Positions 54,931 through 64,000 of a stretch of DNA of 64,000 nucleotides are shown here, piece by piece (position 1 is the stretch's first letter; each line of letters begins with the position of its first letter). The notes below the pieces were generated by a model. It did not search any database and was not told the DNA's origin. It saw nothing but the letters and a program-made list of their open reading frames with translations. A program made the translations under genes and the position numbers. Source of the stretch: a virus; IMG/VR virus record IMGVR_UViG_3300022902_000004, positions 126,268-190,267 of that record; one strand, written 5' to 3'.

Positions 54931-56709
54931 TCACAAATTTTGTAAATCATCGACCTTGAGCTCGACAGTCGTCGATTTTTGTAAGTCGAGATTCAAAACG
55001 TGCACTTTATATTTGCCCTGGTCGTTATCAGTAGAGACAATGTTCGAAATTTTTCCGGCGGTGGTCTCAATTGTCTTTGCATCCGGCGTGAAATACACAT
55101 CCATTTTCATATGGCCGCTGTCAAAAATTGCGTCCTGTGAGAAACTGTCTACCGCGAGGTTGTCATCCAAATCTGGATCAATGAAAAAGTTGGGATATTG
55201 TTTTGGGGCGTCCGGTTTCGAGATGTTCTTCAACGTCAGTACGTTCTTCGTTTTGTCGAACCCGACCAACGTTTGTGCCGAATATCCTGATGTCATGCCA
55301 TGAGCATCAATTGCGCAAACAGAATAAATCGCCGGTGGGCTCTCTCGTGAAAAGGACATGTCTTCAAATGATGTGGCAGCGCCGGGTGTTCTGATTACCA
55401 TATCCGGGCGTACCATTTCCGGGCGTAAGGTTCGGACCTCGGAATCATCGAAATTCAGTTCGGCAATGCACTTGAACGGTTCATAGATTGATCTACGCTT
55501 GAAAACCTGGAAGAATTTCACATCCCTCGAGGAACCCGGTGGAATCTGCCAATTTAGAATAAGACCTTTTGCAGCGCCATAATTGAAATGATAGAACAAT
55601 CCATCTGGTGCCAATGGCGGCTCATATTCCTCGGTTTTCACAGTCGCAAATGATGTTGGTCTGGATGCAATGTATGTTGAGATTCGAAACTTTCTAGTCT
55701 TATCGCCATCTGGGGCTGCAACAATTGCGTCGAGTTGATATATCGCTTTCACAGCATATGCATATTTCGATCCGTATATGATGTTGTCGTCGAGGTATCT
55801 TGTGTTGTCGCGACCTGAAATCGTAAAGTAGCTCGGGTTCAATATGTTGCCGTCAGGTGACATTTGATAACGAATGATGCGGTACCCGAGAATGTTTACG
55901 CCTAGGATTTTCGAATCCTCAGTCGGCATTACCTCAATCGGTGCTATCCTAGGAAGAATCGATGCCTCAATATCATCTTCTGTCAAACTAAATTCATTTG
56001 CTGTCACCAAGAATTCTTTCGAAACTTTCTGTGCCTCCGCTTGCAACTTCAGTCTGCTCAGTGGCGAAACATCATCGCCGCCGAGCGACGAAATACCAAT
56101 AAATCGTTTGCTTACCAATGAGTTCAGTGAAAGTTGCGTCGCGGTGTCATACATCGTTGCTACTGATGCCAATGGCTTTGTATTGACACCCATCGACGAT
56201 TTGTCTCCATACGGCGAAATCAGCGTCTGGACTTTGTCCTTTGACACACCTAGCATATCAGACAGGATTTCAGACTGGAACGGATCCGAGAAATCAAGCC
56301 CGCTTATGTTCGACAGCGCCTTCATTTTTTCAGCGATCCTGGAACTTGCAACTGGATCACTTTCACGAACCGCAACAAACGCCGCATTGGTGATTTCTTC
56401 CTCGCCGGAGATGTCATTATATTCCTTATCCTCGAGATTGACGGTGTTCTTGGCATCACCGAAATTCCCGAACTCAACGATCGTTGGGGGCTTGAAGTTT
56501 ATGTTGATATACCTGGGAATTTCAGAACGCAAAACCCCATTGTTGATCATACTTTGGGTCGCACCGGCATGTGCCGCTCCAGGCACACGCAGATCACCGG
56601 AATCATTCAGGCGCTCATCTGGCACAAAAAAATTGTAAACAAATTCTGCCTTTATTTCTAATGGATCTGGAAGGTCTACAAGCGTGAATCGTCTACTTTG
56701 CTTTGTCAT
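54931..56709 (-). CDS. structural protein (592 aa, baseplate/fiber module)
   Basis: Long ORF. 1-nt overlap with the upstream giant gene. Confidence 0.5.
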   Translation of the reverse strand: MTKQSRRFTLVDLPDPLEIKAEFVYNFFVPDERLNDSGDLRVPGAAHAGATQSMINNGVLRSEIPRYININFKPPTIVEFGNFGDAKNTVNLEDKEYNDISGEEEITNAAFVAVRESDPVASSRIAEKMKALSNISGLDFSDPFQSEILSDMLGVSKDKVQTLISPYGDKSSMGVNTKPLASVATMYDTATQLSLNSLVSKRFIGISSLGGDDVSPLSRLKLQAEAQKVSKEFLVTANEFSLTEDDIEASILPRIAPIEVMPTEDSKILGVNILGYRIIRYQMSPDGNILNPSYFTISGRDNTRYLDDNIIYGSKYAYAVKAIYQLDAIVAAPDGDKTRKFRISTYIASRPTSFATVKTEEYEPPLAPDGLFYHFNYGAAKGLILNWQIPPGSSRDVKFFQVFKRRSIYEPFKCIAELNFDDSEVRTLRPEMVRPDMVIRTPGAATSFEDMSFSRESPPAIYSVCAIDAHGMTSGYSAQTLVGFDKTKNVLTLKNISKPDAPKQYPNFFIDPDLDDNLAVDSFSQDAIFDSGHMKMDVYFTPDAKTIETTAGKISNIVSTDNDQGKYKVHVLNLDLQKSTTVELKVDDLQNL

Positions 56710-59700
56710 TATTTGAGCACCATTGGTGGAGCAGGAACTGCATTTGAAGAATATGTCATGACAGAAACTGTTGATTGTGATGCATCCGAACCTGCCAAGC
56801 TTAGTTTTGCTTTATCATTCGCATCTATTGTTTTCCCGCCCTTCACCTTTGTTTCTGGTCCGGTTGAAAGCGTCGCAAATTCGCCTGCATAAAAAAGGAC
56901 ACCGATTGTCTTATCGAAGTATGATGGTGCAAAGACATATTCATTGATGATTCCATCATAAAAATAGACGGAACCGAATATATCGTAAAAAAGTTCTGCA
57001 TCACCTAAATTGAGTAACTGCGGTTTTATTTTTTGTCCTGTTGCTGTTTTTTTGACCTTCGAAGTCGTGTGAGCCAGCAATGCGTCCTCAGATAATTGTG
57101 TTACATCAGATTCTTGATTCAAAAATACATCTTCGAATATCTTTTCGTCATGCCCTAATGTTTTTGCAACAGTCTTCGCCAGCGACGAAGATCCAGGGCC
57201 GCGGCGAGAAAAATCGAATTTCACCAAATTCTTCTCAGATGTGTCAGACACGGACAAAATTGAGAAAGCTTTTTTCAGTAGAAACGAATACACTTCATTT
57301 TTTAACAGCACCCGAGCCCGAGACGGGACAGCATATTTGTTGATGAATTGCTTACCGTTTTCTCCTGATGTCAGCAATACCCTGGAAACAATGTCATCCA
57401 TTGTCGTAGGCTTTGATTTGACGAACGGTGAAAAACTGTTCTCATCAATAAGTCGCAGAACAGAGAATTCCCGGGTGAGCGGTTGATAATCGATTTCGTC
57501 GAGTACACCGTCCTGCAATACATTTAATGTCAGAACAGTTTCCATTGGGCTGGCCTCAAACCCTGTGGAGAGCCTGAACTTTGGGAGCAAATTTCCTGAT
57601 AAGAAGTCACCAGGTAACCCAAACATCCCAAAAACCAAATTGTCTGTCGGGAGTGATGATATTTCCTTGAATAGCTTTTTCATACAGAATACCTCGCCAA
57701 GGGTTATCTTGGGCACCTTTTTGCTAGATCCTGCCATGCCGTTCTTGAAAACGTTAAGACGATCTTGCGAGATGTCAAGCGAGTAATCAGTGACAGATAG
57801 CAGGAATGTTTTTCCTAGGAATGTCTTTGAGAACGCTGATAGAGCTGCCGACAATTGCGATTGTTCTTTTTCTCCGCGTAATTCCGCAGCAAGGTTCGAA
57901 ATGTTTCTTGTTTGCTGGAATGTGTGTTGTAGCATTGCAGAAACGCCTGCCAGTGCAGCTAACGGAATGTCTCTTTCCTTTGCCAAATCAATAAACATGT
58001 CTTCGAATGACAACCACGACAATTGTTGCTGGTAACTTGGTGTTGTTAATGGATCATTCTTTGAAATATTGTCAATGTCAGGAATGGTTCCCGCAGCGGA
58101 TATTGCATTCGAAAAGTTGTTATTTTTTGATGCTGCGACTAGCATATTTATTGCTTTCCTTGATTTTTCATTCGTGCTATCCGGGCCGACCGGCATGACA
58201 GCTTTCAGCTTAAACTTCGTTGAGCCCTTTCGAATTTCGGCATCAACAAAAATAGAAATCAAATCGAGCATTGCTTCAAATAGCATTGATATTGCCAGTG
58301 AGCCGTCGAGTTGCGAATTTCTTGTAAGTCGCCCGGGTGCGAGCCAGGTTGACATATCATTTTCTGTTTTTGCAGCCGCTTTTGCCTCATCATGCAATTC
58401 GATGAAGACACTTGCCAAGCGACTTATAAGTGACTTATTTGACGATTGAATGTCCTTTAGGAGGTTCGCCATTGAGCTGTTGAACACACCAAAATTTTTC
58501 GGCAGGTCATGCAATCCGGCCTTGGCACCGAGCTTATATAAATGACTATACACAATAGAATTGTTTGGAATCCAGACTAAACCTGCCGCATAAGAATCAG
58601 TTGGCGAAAAACGAATCATGTCATCAGGAAATTCAACATTTTTTGCCGCTGGTGAAGATGCTTCATTTTGTGTCGTGTCAATTGTAAATGTGTCGCCGGT
58701 CTTTGCTTTTCCCTTTTTTATTGTCACCGTTGTTGAAGTCGATGGCGATTTCTTTTCAGCTTGAGCATTTGTTTCAGGCTGGCTTTTATCACTTTCTAAA
58801 AGTGAAAGCATTGACTTATGTGCTATCATACCAAGAAAAAACTGCTTAATTACAGTTGTGTGACCGAACGGCGTAACAACGTTTCTAGACTGTATAGCCA
58901 AATCACGGAGAACAGTTAGCTCCATAATCACCGTCGAATCTCCTAAGCCTTTCGGTGCCGCGCATTGCTCAAGCGCTTTTGACAATTCGTCGAGCAGCCT
59001 TGTGTACAATCCACGTGGGGTAAGAAGTGTTGGTTCTTTATCTCGCAAATGAAGCTTCTTATAGAACTGCAAGCCGTCATCAAACGACGAGTTCGCAGCA
59101 ATGAGGGCATCATCAAATCTTTTCACCTTATTATTTTGCGGGCTCCTAGCAATAGATTTTAGAAACGAGCTGAATGCATTTTGCATCGCCTGATTGCCTT
59201 TAACGTTGTCACCATCGAGAAGCACGACGCGCTGTTTTTTGTATGCCGATGCCGATCCGTCGGTTGCAACCACAAAACTATCGACCAAACTGTTGACATG
59301 CGCTGTCTCTTTTGAAGCGTTTGATATTCCGGCTGTTCCCAAAAATGATGCAATGAAATCAGATGAATCGGATCCAAAACGATTGCCCAACGGTGTCCCT
59401 GATAATCTTCCTAAACCGGCAGACACTGCAAATTCATTTGCTATCATCGTTGACAACATCAGGGCTCTTCTATGGGCCGGAACCTTCAGATTTTTGTAGA
59501 ACGGATGAGTCGTATACATAATTCCCGGTGAACCGAAACCGAATGCAAAGCTTGATGCTGGTGAATTGTGTGCAGACAACAGCTTTAGACTGACCGGATA
59601 TTTTTCATCATGTGTTCCCTTCTTGAAAAGATTTTGTGCCACCCGCATTTGTCCTTTTGGGATATTCACGACTGCGTCGTTCAGTATTGCTGGTGTGTAT

Positions 59701-60680
59701 CCTCTTCCTATGGATTGTGCAGCCACTTGAAGGGCCTGGGTCGCCAATGCAGTCCTCGATTTTGTATCAAGGTTCTGTGCAGTCAAATGATAACCGAAAC
59801 GATTCAAAAATGATTTCGGGCCAGTTGATAATCGATTCTTTATCAGTAGCTGTTCAGGTTTGCACAGCGCTGTAGCCGTCTTCAGGGCAATCGATGAAAT
59901 ACTTTCGTGCCCCTGGGACGCGTCCATTGACATATTTGTGACTTTCAGTAAATCAAACACTAAAAATAACTGGTCTATCGAGTTTTGAGTCAATGCCAAT
60001 TGTTGGTTTATTCGAGACTCAATTTGTGATAGGTCATCACCCCCGGCGTTGATTTTTGAAAATGTTGTCGACAGATATTTTTGTGAAATTCTATCTTCAA
60101 GATATGTCTGCTCGATCGCTGCAAGCATTGGTGAATACGGCTTACCTTTGAAATCTATTGCTCTAATGTTTGAAATAACGAATGGTTCGATTCTTGATTT
60201 GTTGATTGCCACATCTTTGTTTGTCGACGGCGTATTTTCATCTTGATCGTCATCGTCTTCATACGCGATTGTTTTTATTGATGCGTTTGCGTTTACGTAT
60301 GCTTGCAAATGTAACTGTGCGATCTTTATCGATGCCTTTGGCGAAACAGGAACCAAAATTGCTGCAATTTTCTGTGTTTCGCCGGTCATCTCACCGACTG
60401 AGTTTCCCTTCTTTTTCGGGTCCGATAGCAATAACGGTGGCTCGCCTGGTAATGTGAATTCTGGGGCTGTCCCTTTCGAATTTGATTTCGATTCAAACTC
60501 AGTCTTTTTCTGTGCCCCGCCGTCTCGCCCACGTGGCGCTGGGCTTGAGGTCCTTCCGCCGTTGGTTGGACCTTGTCTAGGCGCAGGAGTCTTTTTTGAC
60601 GTAACAACAGCCAGTCCATTGTCTGCTGAAATTGGACTTACTGCTTGCGATGAAATTGTTGCTGTTAGTGTCTTAATCAT
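56709..60680 (-). CDS. giant structural protein (1323 aa) with disordered Pro/Gly/Ser-rich N-terminal region
   Basis: Long ORF abutting the upstream gene (60680/60681). Confidence 0.5.
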   Translation of the reverse strand: MIKTLTATISSQAVSPISADNGLAVVTSKKTPAPRQGPTNGGRTSSPAPRGRDGGAQKKTEFESKSNSKGTAPEFTLPGEPPLLLSDPKKKGNSVGEMTGETQKIAAILVPVSPKASIKIAQLHLQAYVNANASIKTIAYEDDDDQDENTPSTNKDVAINKSRIEPFVISNIRAIDFKGKPYSPMLAAIEQTYLEDRISQKYLSTTFSKINAGGDDLSQIESRINQQLALTQNSIDQLFLVFDLLKVTNMSMDASQGHESISSIALKTATALCKPEQLLIKNRLSTGPKSFLNRFGYHLTAQNLDTKSRTALATQALQVAAQSIGRGYTPAILNDAVVNIPKGQMRVAQNLFKKGTHDEKYPVSLKLLSAHNSPASSFAFGFGSPGIMYTTHPFYKNLKVPAHRRALMLSTMIANEFAVSAGLGRLSGTPLGNRFGSDSSDFIASFLGTAGISNASKETAHVNSLVDSFVVATDGSASAYKKQRVVLLDGDNVKGNQAMQNAFSSFLKSIARSPQNNKVKRFDDALIAANSSFDDGLQFYKKLHLRDKEPTLLTPRGLYTRLLDELSKALEQCAAPKGLGDSTVIMELTVLRDLAIQSRNVVTPFGHTTVIKQFFLGMIAHKSMLSLLESDKSQPETNAQAEKKSPSTSTTVTIKKGKAKTGDTFTIDTTQNEASSPAAKNVEFPDDMIRFSPTDSYAAGLVWIPNNSIVYSHLYKLGAKAGLHDLPKNFGVFNSSMANLLKDIQSSNKSLISRLASVFIELHDEAKAAAKTENDMSTWLAPGRLTRNSQLDGSLAISMLFEAMLDLISIFVDAEIRKGSTKFKLKAVMPVGPDSTNEKSRKAINMLVAASKNNNFSNAISAAGTIPDIDNISKNDPLTTPSYQQQLSWLSFEDMFIDLAKERDIPLAALAGVSAMLQHTFQQTRNISNLAAELRGEKEQSQLSAALSAFSKTFLGKTFLLSVTDYSLDISQDRLNVFKNGMAGSSKKVPKITLGEVFCMKKLFKEISSLPTDNLVFGMFGLPGDFLSGNLLPKFRLSTGFEASPMETVLTLNVLQDGVLDEIDYQPLTREFSVLRLIDENSFSPFVKSKPTTMDDIVSRVLLTSGENGKQFINKYAVPSRARVLLKNEVYSFLLKKAFSILSVSDTSEKNLVKFDFSRRGPGSSSLAKTVAKTLGHDEKIFEDVFLNQESDVTQLSEDALLAHTTSKVKKTATGQKIKPQLLNLGDAELFYDIFGSVYFYDGIINEYVFAPSYFDKTIGVLFYAGEFATLSTGPETKVKGGKTIDANDKAKLSLAGSDASQSTVSVMTYSSNAVPAPPMVLK

Positions 60681-63449
60681 TTAGTTGCCGTCCATCGTTA
60701 AATCATTTATATTTGCAATCAATGATCCATATTTTTGTGGGCGATCTTGACTTGTCCCACCAGCATATTTTTTCGGTATCGGTTTTGGTTGAATTTTTGT
60801 CGTGCGATATTCACCTAAGAGAGATCCGATCGTCGGTGAATCCGCCTCATCGACGTCCAGCGGTTTAATAAAACTTCCATTTTTTTGCCGAGAATAAAAT
60901 GATGCAGGTTCGACATTCATAATTTTTGGTTTGCCGGCAACCGTTAATAGCACAACGCCATCGAACATATTTTCTGGCACAGAAAAATTCCTATTTGTTT
61001 TCGCAAGTGGCGAAGTCATAATCTCGTCATCATCAAAGTTTATGACCTTCACGCTGTACGTCTTTTCACCAACTTCGTCGAAAAACCTGTCGTCACGGAA
61101 CCTGTACACTGATGCAGACTCCGTTGCCGCCGTTGCACCAAGTAGTTGCTCATGCCCATCGATGTTGCAATATACCAGAAAATAGCTGACCTCTGCTGTG
61201 TTCCCGGTGACACGCCACGTCAAAAAATTGTATGCCACCTTATTAATTATGTCTATGTGCTCAACAATTGGGTTTGCCGCTGGCAAACTTATCCTGACTG
61301 CCTGTTCCTGCCCGATTTGTGACTCAAGCACAAGACTTTCGATCGATTTTCCATTCAAAATATCTGATTCTGGTGGTAAGATGCCCAACTTATCATATAT
61401 TAGCCTACCGAATCTTGCTGCCGATTTCGAGAACTCTTTATTTTCACGATTGATAACACCAATATTTGAAGACTGCAGAAAAACAGATGGCTGTTGCAAG
61501 CACGTTTTTATGATATACTCGTATCTTTTGCCTGCGATTGGAGACGGAATCCCACGAGGTAAACGTGACTTTGGTGAATCTACGAACTTTCCTGGTGGAA
61601 CTAACCCGAATGACGCCCGAATACCCGTCGCAACTTCAAAACGTTCAACGAGAAACATTGTGAATAGTTTTGTTTTTGTTTCATCGTTTTGAAGCTTTGA
61701 AATGAATTCATCAGCGATTCCTGCTTCTCGTAATGAGTGAATCACGGTGCTAAATAAATCAGCAGTTGCCTCGACAACAATCTCAAACGAGACAGATATG
61801 TTATTGTTAGTATCAGTTTCCACGGTGTCAGACGTCACATCAATCGCGAAGGGCAACTCACCCAAGAAAAACTTACGAATGATTACTTCATCCTCATCAG
61901 ATATTATTTCCTGGGATCTTGATGCATCGCCCGGTTGACCGATTCGGAGTGCGGTAAAGTATCGGTATTTTCTTCCTAAAATCGTAGTGTCATCATGGAA
62001 CTCGATTTCTGTTTTTGAACCGTTGAGCACAGTTGTCGTTTCGTTGTCTGTTGATTGCAAAGTAACTATACCTTCACTAAAGTTCCCTGTTTTTTCTAAT
62101 TCTTGTCGCAGGAGACGCAACGTCAAAATGTCTCGTGACAGAGGGACAACGTTGATGCTTATCCTGTCTTGCGTATTGATTGCACGAATTGAAACAGGTG
62201 TGCCGGCGGAATTCAGCGGGTCAGACACTTTTTTGAATGACGGGATCACAATACTCGAGAAGTCACCGACTGATCCATCACCGTTTATGACAACAACACG
62301 ATACACGACATGGTTTGGTTTGATGTTGTCAACCCGGTCGTCGAATTTTATGACAGACTCTTTTCCAAACGAAACGTCAGAAACGTCAGTTACCTGTGTG
62401 CGATTCATATTCGGGTTTGTAACAATCCTTACGATTCTCACGTTTTTCAGCGTTGGATCATCTTTTTGAATTCGAATCGAGACATGTGATTGTGACGCGC
62501 CCAACAAAGAAACATCTGGCGCCTCAGGGTTTGCTAAGAACTCAAACAGTTCCCGTCCATGGTTGACCTCGACGTTCTTTTTTCCAAATGTATTTCTTGA
62601 GTCGCTTTTTGTGATTGCGGTAATCGCCACAAACAACCTCTCAGCACCTTGCATTTCATCTTTTTTGATGTTGATGCTTCTAATATATTCTTTTTTCGCA
62701 GGTATTAATGTCACGCAAGCTACAGGAGCTCTTCGTGTTGGACGAGGCGGTGATAATGCCGCTGCTACTTCGTTGTCTTGGTTCGACCGAGTCGCCCGAC
62801 GTGAGACCGATCTTGTCGCAGACAGACTCTCTCGTGACTCAATACGTGTTGAAGTCGAACGGATATCCTCGTGGCGGTTGCCCGCTCGTTGGTTTGTTGA
62901 GTCTCGTGAAGTGGCCGCTCTCGATGTTGCTGCAGAAAAGTTTCCTGATCGAGCCAACGCCGCGGGATCACGATTGTTACCACGGGCCGCCTTTGATGTA
63001 TGCCTCAATGTGTTTGCTCTCGGTGGCGTTCTTCCAGGCAAAATCATCCCAGCAGGAAGTGCTGCCGGTAGTTGCTTCGAAACAAAAACCTCATGCTGAT
63101 CATTTTGCCAAGAACCTTGTTGGCGACCGGTCGTTGTTTCTAAGATCTTTTTCGTTTCGTGGAACCTTATTTCCATCGTCTTTATTGCATCAACTGACTG
63201 CAATGTTTCATTTACTGGATCACGGATGAACACGTCAAGTTTTACACCGATCACTCCCAGCTTCTTGGCCATGGTTTGATCAAGCAAAAAATGGGTACGA
63301 TATGAATACTCACCGGGGGCAACATCAAACGCAAGGCCGGACTGCTGCATACGATCATTTATGATGTCCACCAATTCAAACGGATCCGAACCCTCCGCAA
63401 ATTCGAAAAAGCTATCAATGGAAAACTTTCTTGTTGTTAATCTTACCAT
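60681..63449 (-). CDS. large structural protein (922 aa) with Arg/Ser/Thr-rich low-complexity segment
   Basis: Long ORF. Residues ~130-250 are R/S/T/A-rich and disordered. Confidence 0.5.
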   Translation of the reverse strand: MVRLTTRKFSIDSFFEFAEGSDPFELVDIINDRMQQSGLAFDVAPGEYSYRTHFLLDQTMAKKLGVIGVKLDVFIRDPVNETLQSVDAIKTMEIRFHETKKILETTTGRQQGSWQNDQHEVFVSKQLPAALPAGMILPGRTPPRANTLRHTSKAARGNNRDPAALARSGNFSAATSRAATSRDSTNQRAGNRHEDIRSTSTRIESRESLSATRSVSRRATRSNQDNEVAAALSPPRPTRRAPVACVTLIPAKKEYIRSINIKKDEMQGAERLFVAITAITKSDSRNTFGKKNVEVNHGRELFEFLANPEAPDVSLLGASQSHVSIRIQKDDPTLKNVRIVRIVTNPNMNRTQVTDVSDVSFGKESVIKFDDRVDNIKPNHVVYRVVVINGDGSVGDFSSIVIPSFKKVSDPLNSAGTPVSIRAINTQDRISINVVPLSRDILTLRLLRQELEKTGNFSEGIVTLQSTDNETTTVLNGSKTEIEFHDDTTILGRKYRYFTALRIGQPGDASRSQEIISDEDEVIIRKFFLGELPFAIDVTSDTVETDTNNNISVSFEIVVEATADLFSTVIHSLREAGIADEFISKLQNDETKTKLFTMFLVERFEVATGIRASFGLVPPGKFVDSPKSRLPRGIPSPIAGKRYEYIIKTCLQQPSVFLQSSNIGVINRENKEFSKSAARFGRLIYDKLGILPPESDILNGKSIESLVLESQIGQEQAVRISLPAANPIVEHIDIINKVAYNFLTWRVTGNTAEVSYFLVYCNIDGHEQLLGATAATESASVYRFRDDRFFDEVGEKTYSVKVINFDDDEIMTSPLAKTNRNFSVPENMFDGVVLLTVAGKPKIMNVEPASFYSRQKNGSFIKPLDVDEADSPTIGSLLGEYRTTKIQPKPIPKKYAGGTSQDRPQKYGSLIANINDLTMDGN

Positions 63450-63455
63450 TTCGTT

Positions 63456-63923
63456 CTACCTGAATATGACTGTAAATAGACACATAAATGTTTCTGATCC
63501 AAAGGCATCATGCAACATTTTTCCAACAAAGACAACTCGCGACTGCTTCGTATCTGTTTCATCGTCAATGAACATACCAAAATCGACCGCTGCCAATTTT
63601 TCTACGCCTGACTTGCCTTGTTCGAAAAACTGAATCACGTTGTTGTTTGCCCTGCTGGTTTTCGAAAAAGAAAATGCTTGCTTTTGCTTGCCTTTCAATG
63701 AATGAACCATATCCTCTAGCGTTGAGATTTCACGTTCATTGAATCTTGGATAATTGCCAAGTAGCGTTCCATTCGCTGCTCCCGGGAGGGGGACATTTTC
63801 AGGAGGCAAATATTTGAAGTTCGGGAAGTCACCAAACCTTGCATCGCTAAAGACACTCGGGACATTGTCGATGTTTACAGTTTCATTTTGACCGGAGCGT
63901 AAATACATTGTCTCATCGCCCAC
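63456..63923 (-). CDS. hypothetical structural protein (may extend 5' beyond window end)
   Basis: ORF-track GTG start at 63923, but the frame stays open to position 64000 on the reverse strand, so the true start may lie outside the window. Confidence 0.4.
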   Translation of the reverse strand: MGDETMYLRSGQNETVNIDNVPSVFSDARFGDFPNFKYLPPENVPLPGAANGTLLGNYPRFNEREISTLEDMVHSLKGKQKQAFSFSKTSRANNNVIQFFEQGKSGVEKLAAVDFGMFIDDETDTKQSRVVFVGKMLHDAFGSETFMCLFTVIFR

Positions 63924-64000
63924 TGAGAATGAGCCTGTTGAAGGCGAGATTTCAATGTTTTGATGAGCTGAGAACTCGTCAATTGAACCTATTATTTTCT

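Overview
This 64 kb window is a dense, almost entirely minus-strand block of a divergent T4-like (gp23/gp20/gp17/gp21-type) contractile-tailed phage genome. Reading the minus strand (decreasing coordinates) it carries several modules.

- Tail and baseplate: giant structural proteins at 63.4-52.2 kb.
- Early-gene island at 52.1-48.3 kb, containing a RelA/SpoT-type HD (p)ppGpp-hydrolase-like gene.
- An 831-aa structural protein, then a DNA-metabolism block: RuvC-like resolvase, gp61-like primase, and a fused Mre11-Rad50 (SbcD-SbcC) polypeptide.
- Complete head morphogenesis module: large terminase, portal, prohead core proteins, gp21-like prohead protease, scaffold, and gp23-like major capsid protein.
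- A hypervariable locus of small genes that share an invariant N-terminal 14-aa tag MKITESQLRKLIRE (8 copies at 25.4-20.7 kb, 2 more at 7.4-6.7 kb).
- An accessory region at 19.7-17.0 kb, including two plus-strand genes.
- Tail completion genes, two tandem paralogous giant tail sheath genes, tail tube, and a tail tape measure gene that runs off the window start (the ORF track misses it).

Five freestanding homing endonuclease genes sit at gene junctions: one GIY-YIG/NUMOD type, one HNH-like, and three with PD-(D/E)xK plus NUMOD3-like motifs. I also found a family of five near-identical sigma70-like promoters with a fixed 16-nt spacer, several intrinsic-terminator-like hairpins, a GC-rich hairpin that sequesters a homing-endonuclease RBS, and a methyltransferase gene interrupted by an in-frame TAA. 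No tRNA genes or CRISPR arrays were found. All homology calls rest on motif recognition by eye, not database searches.
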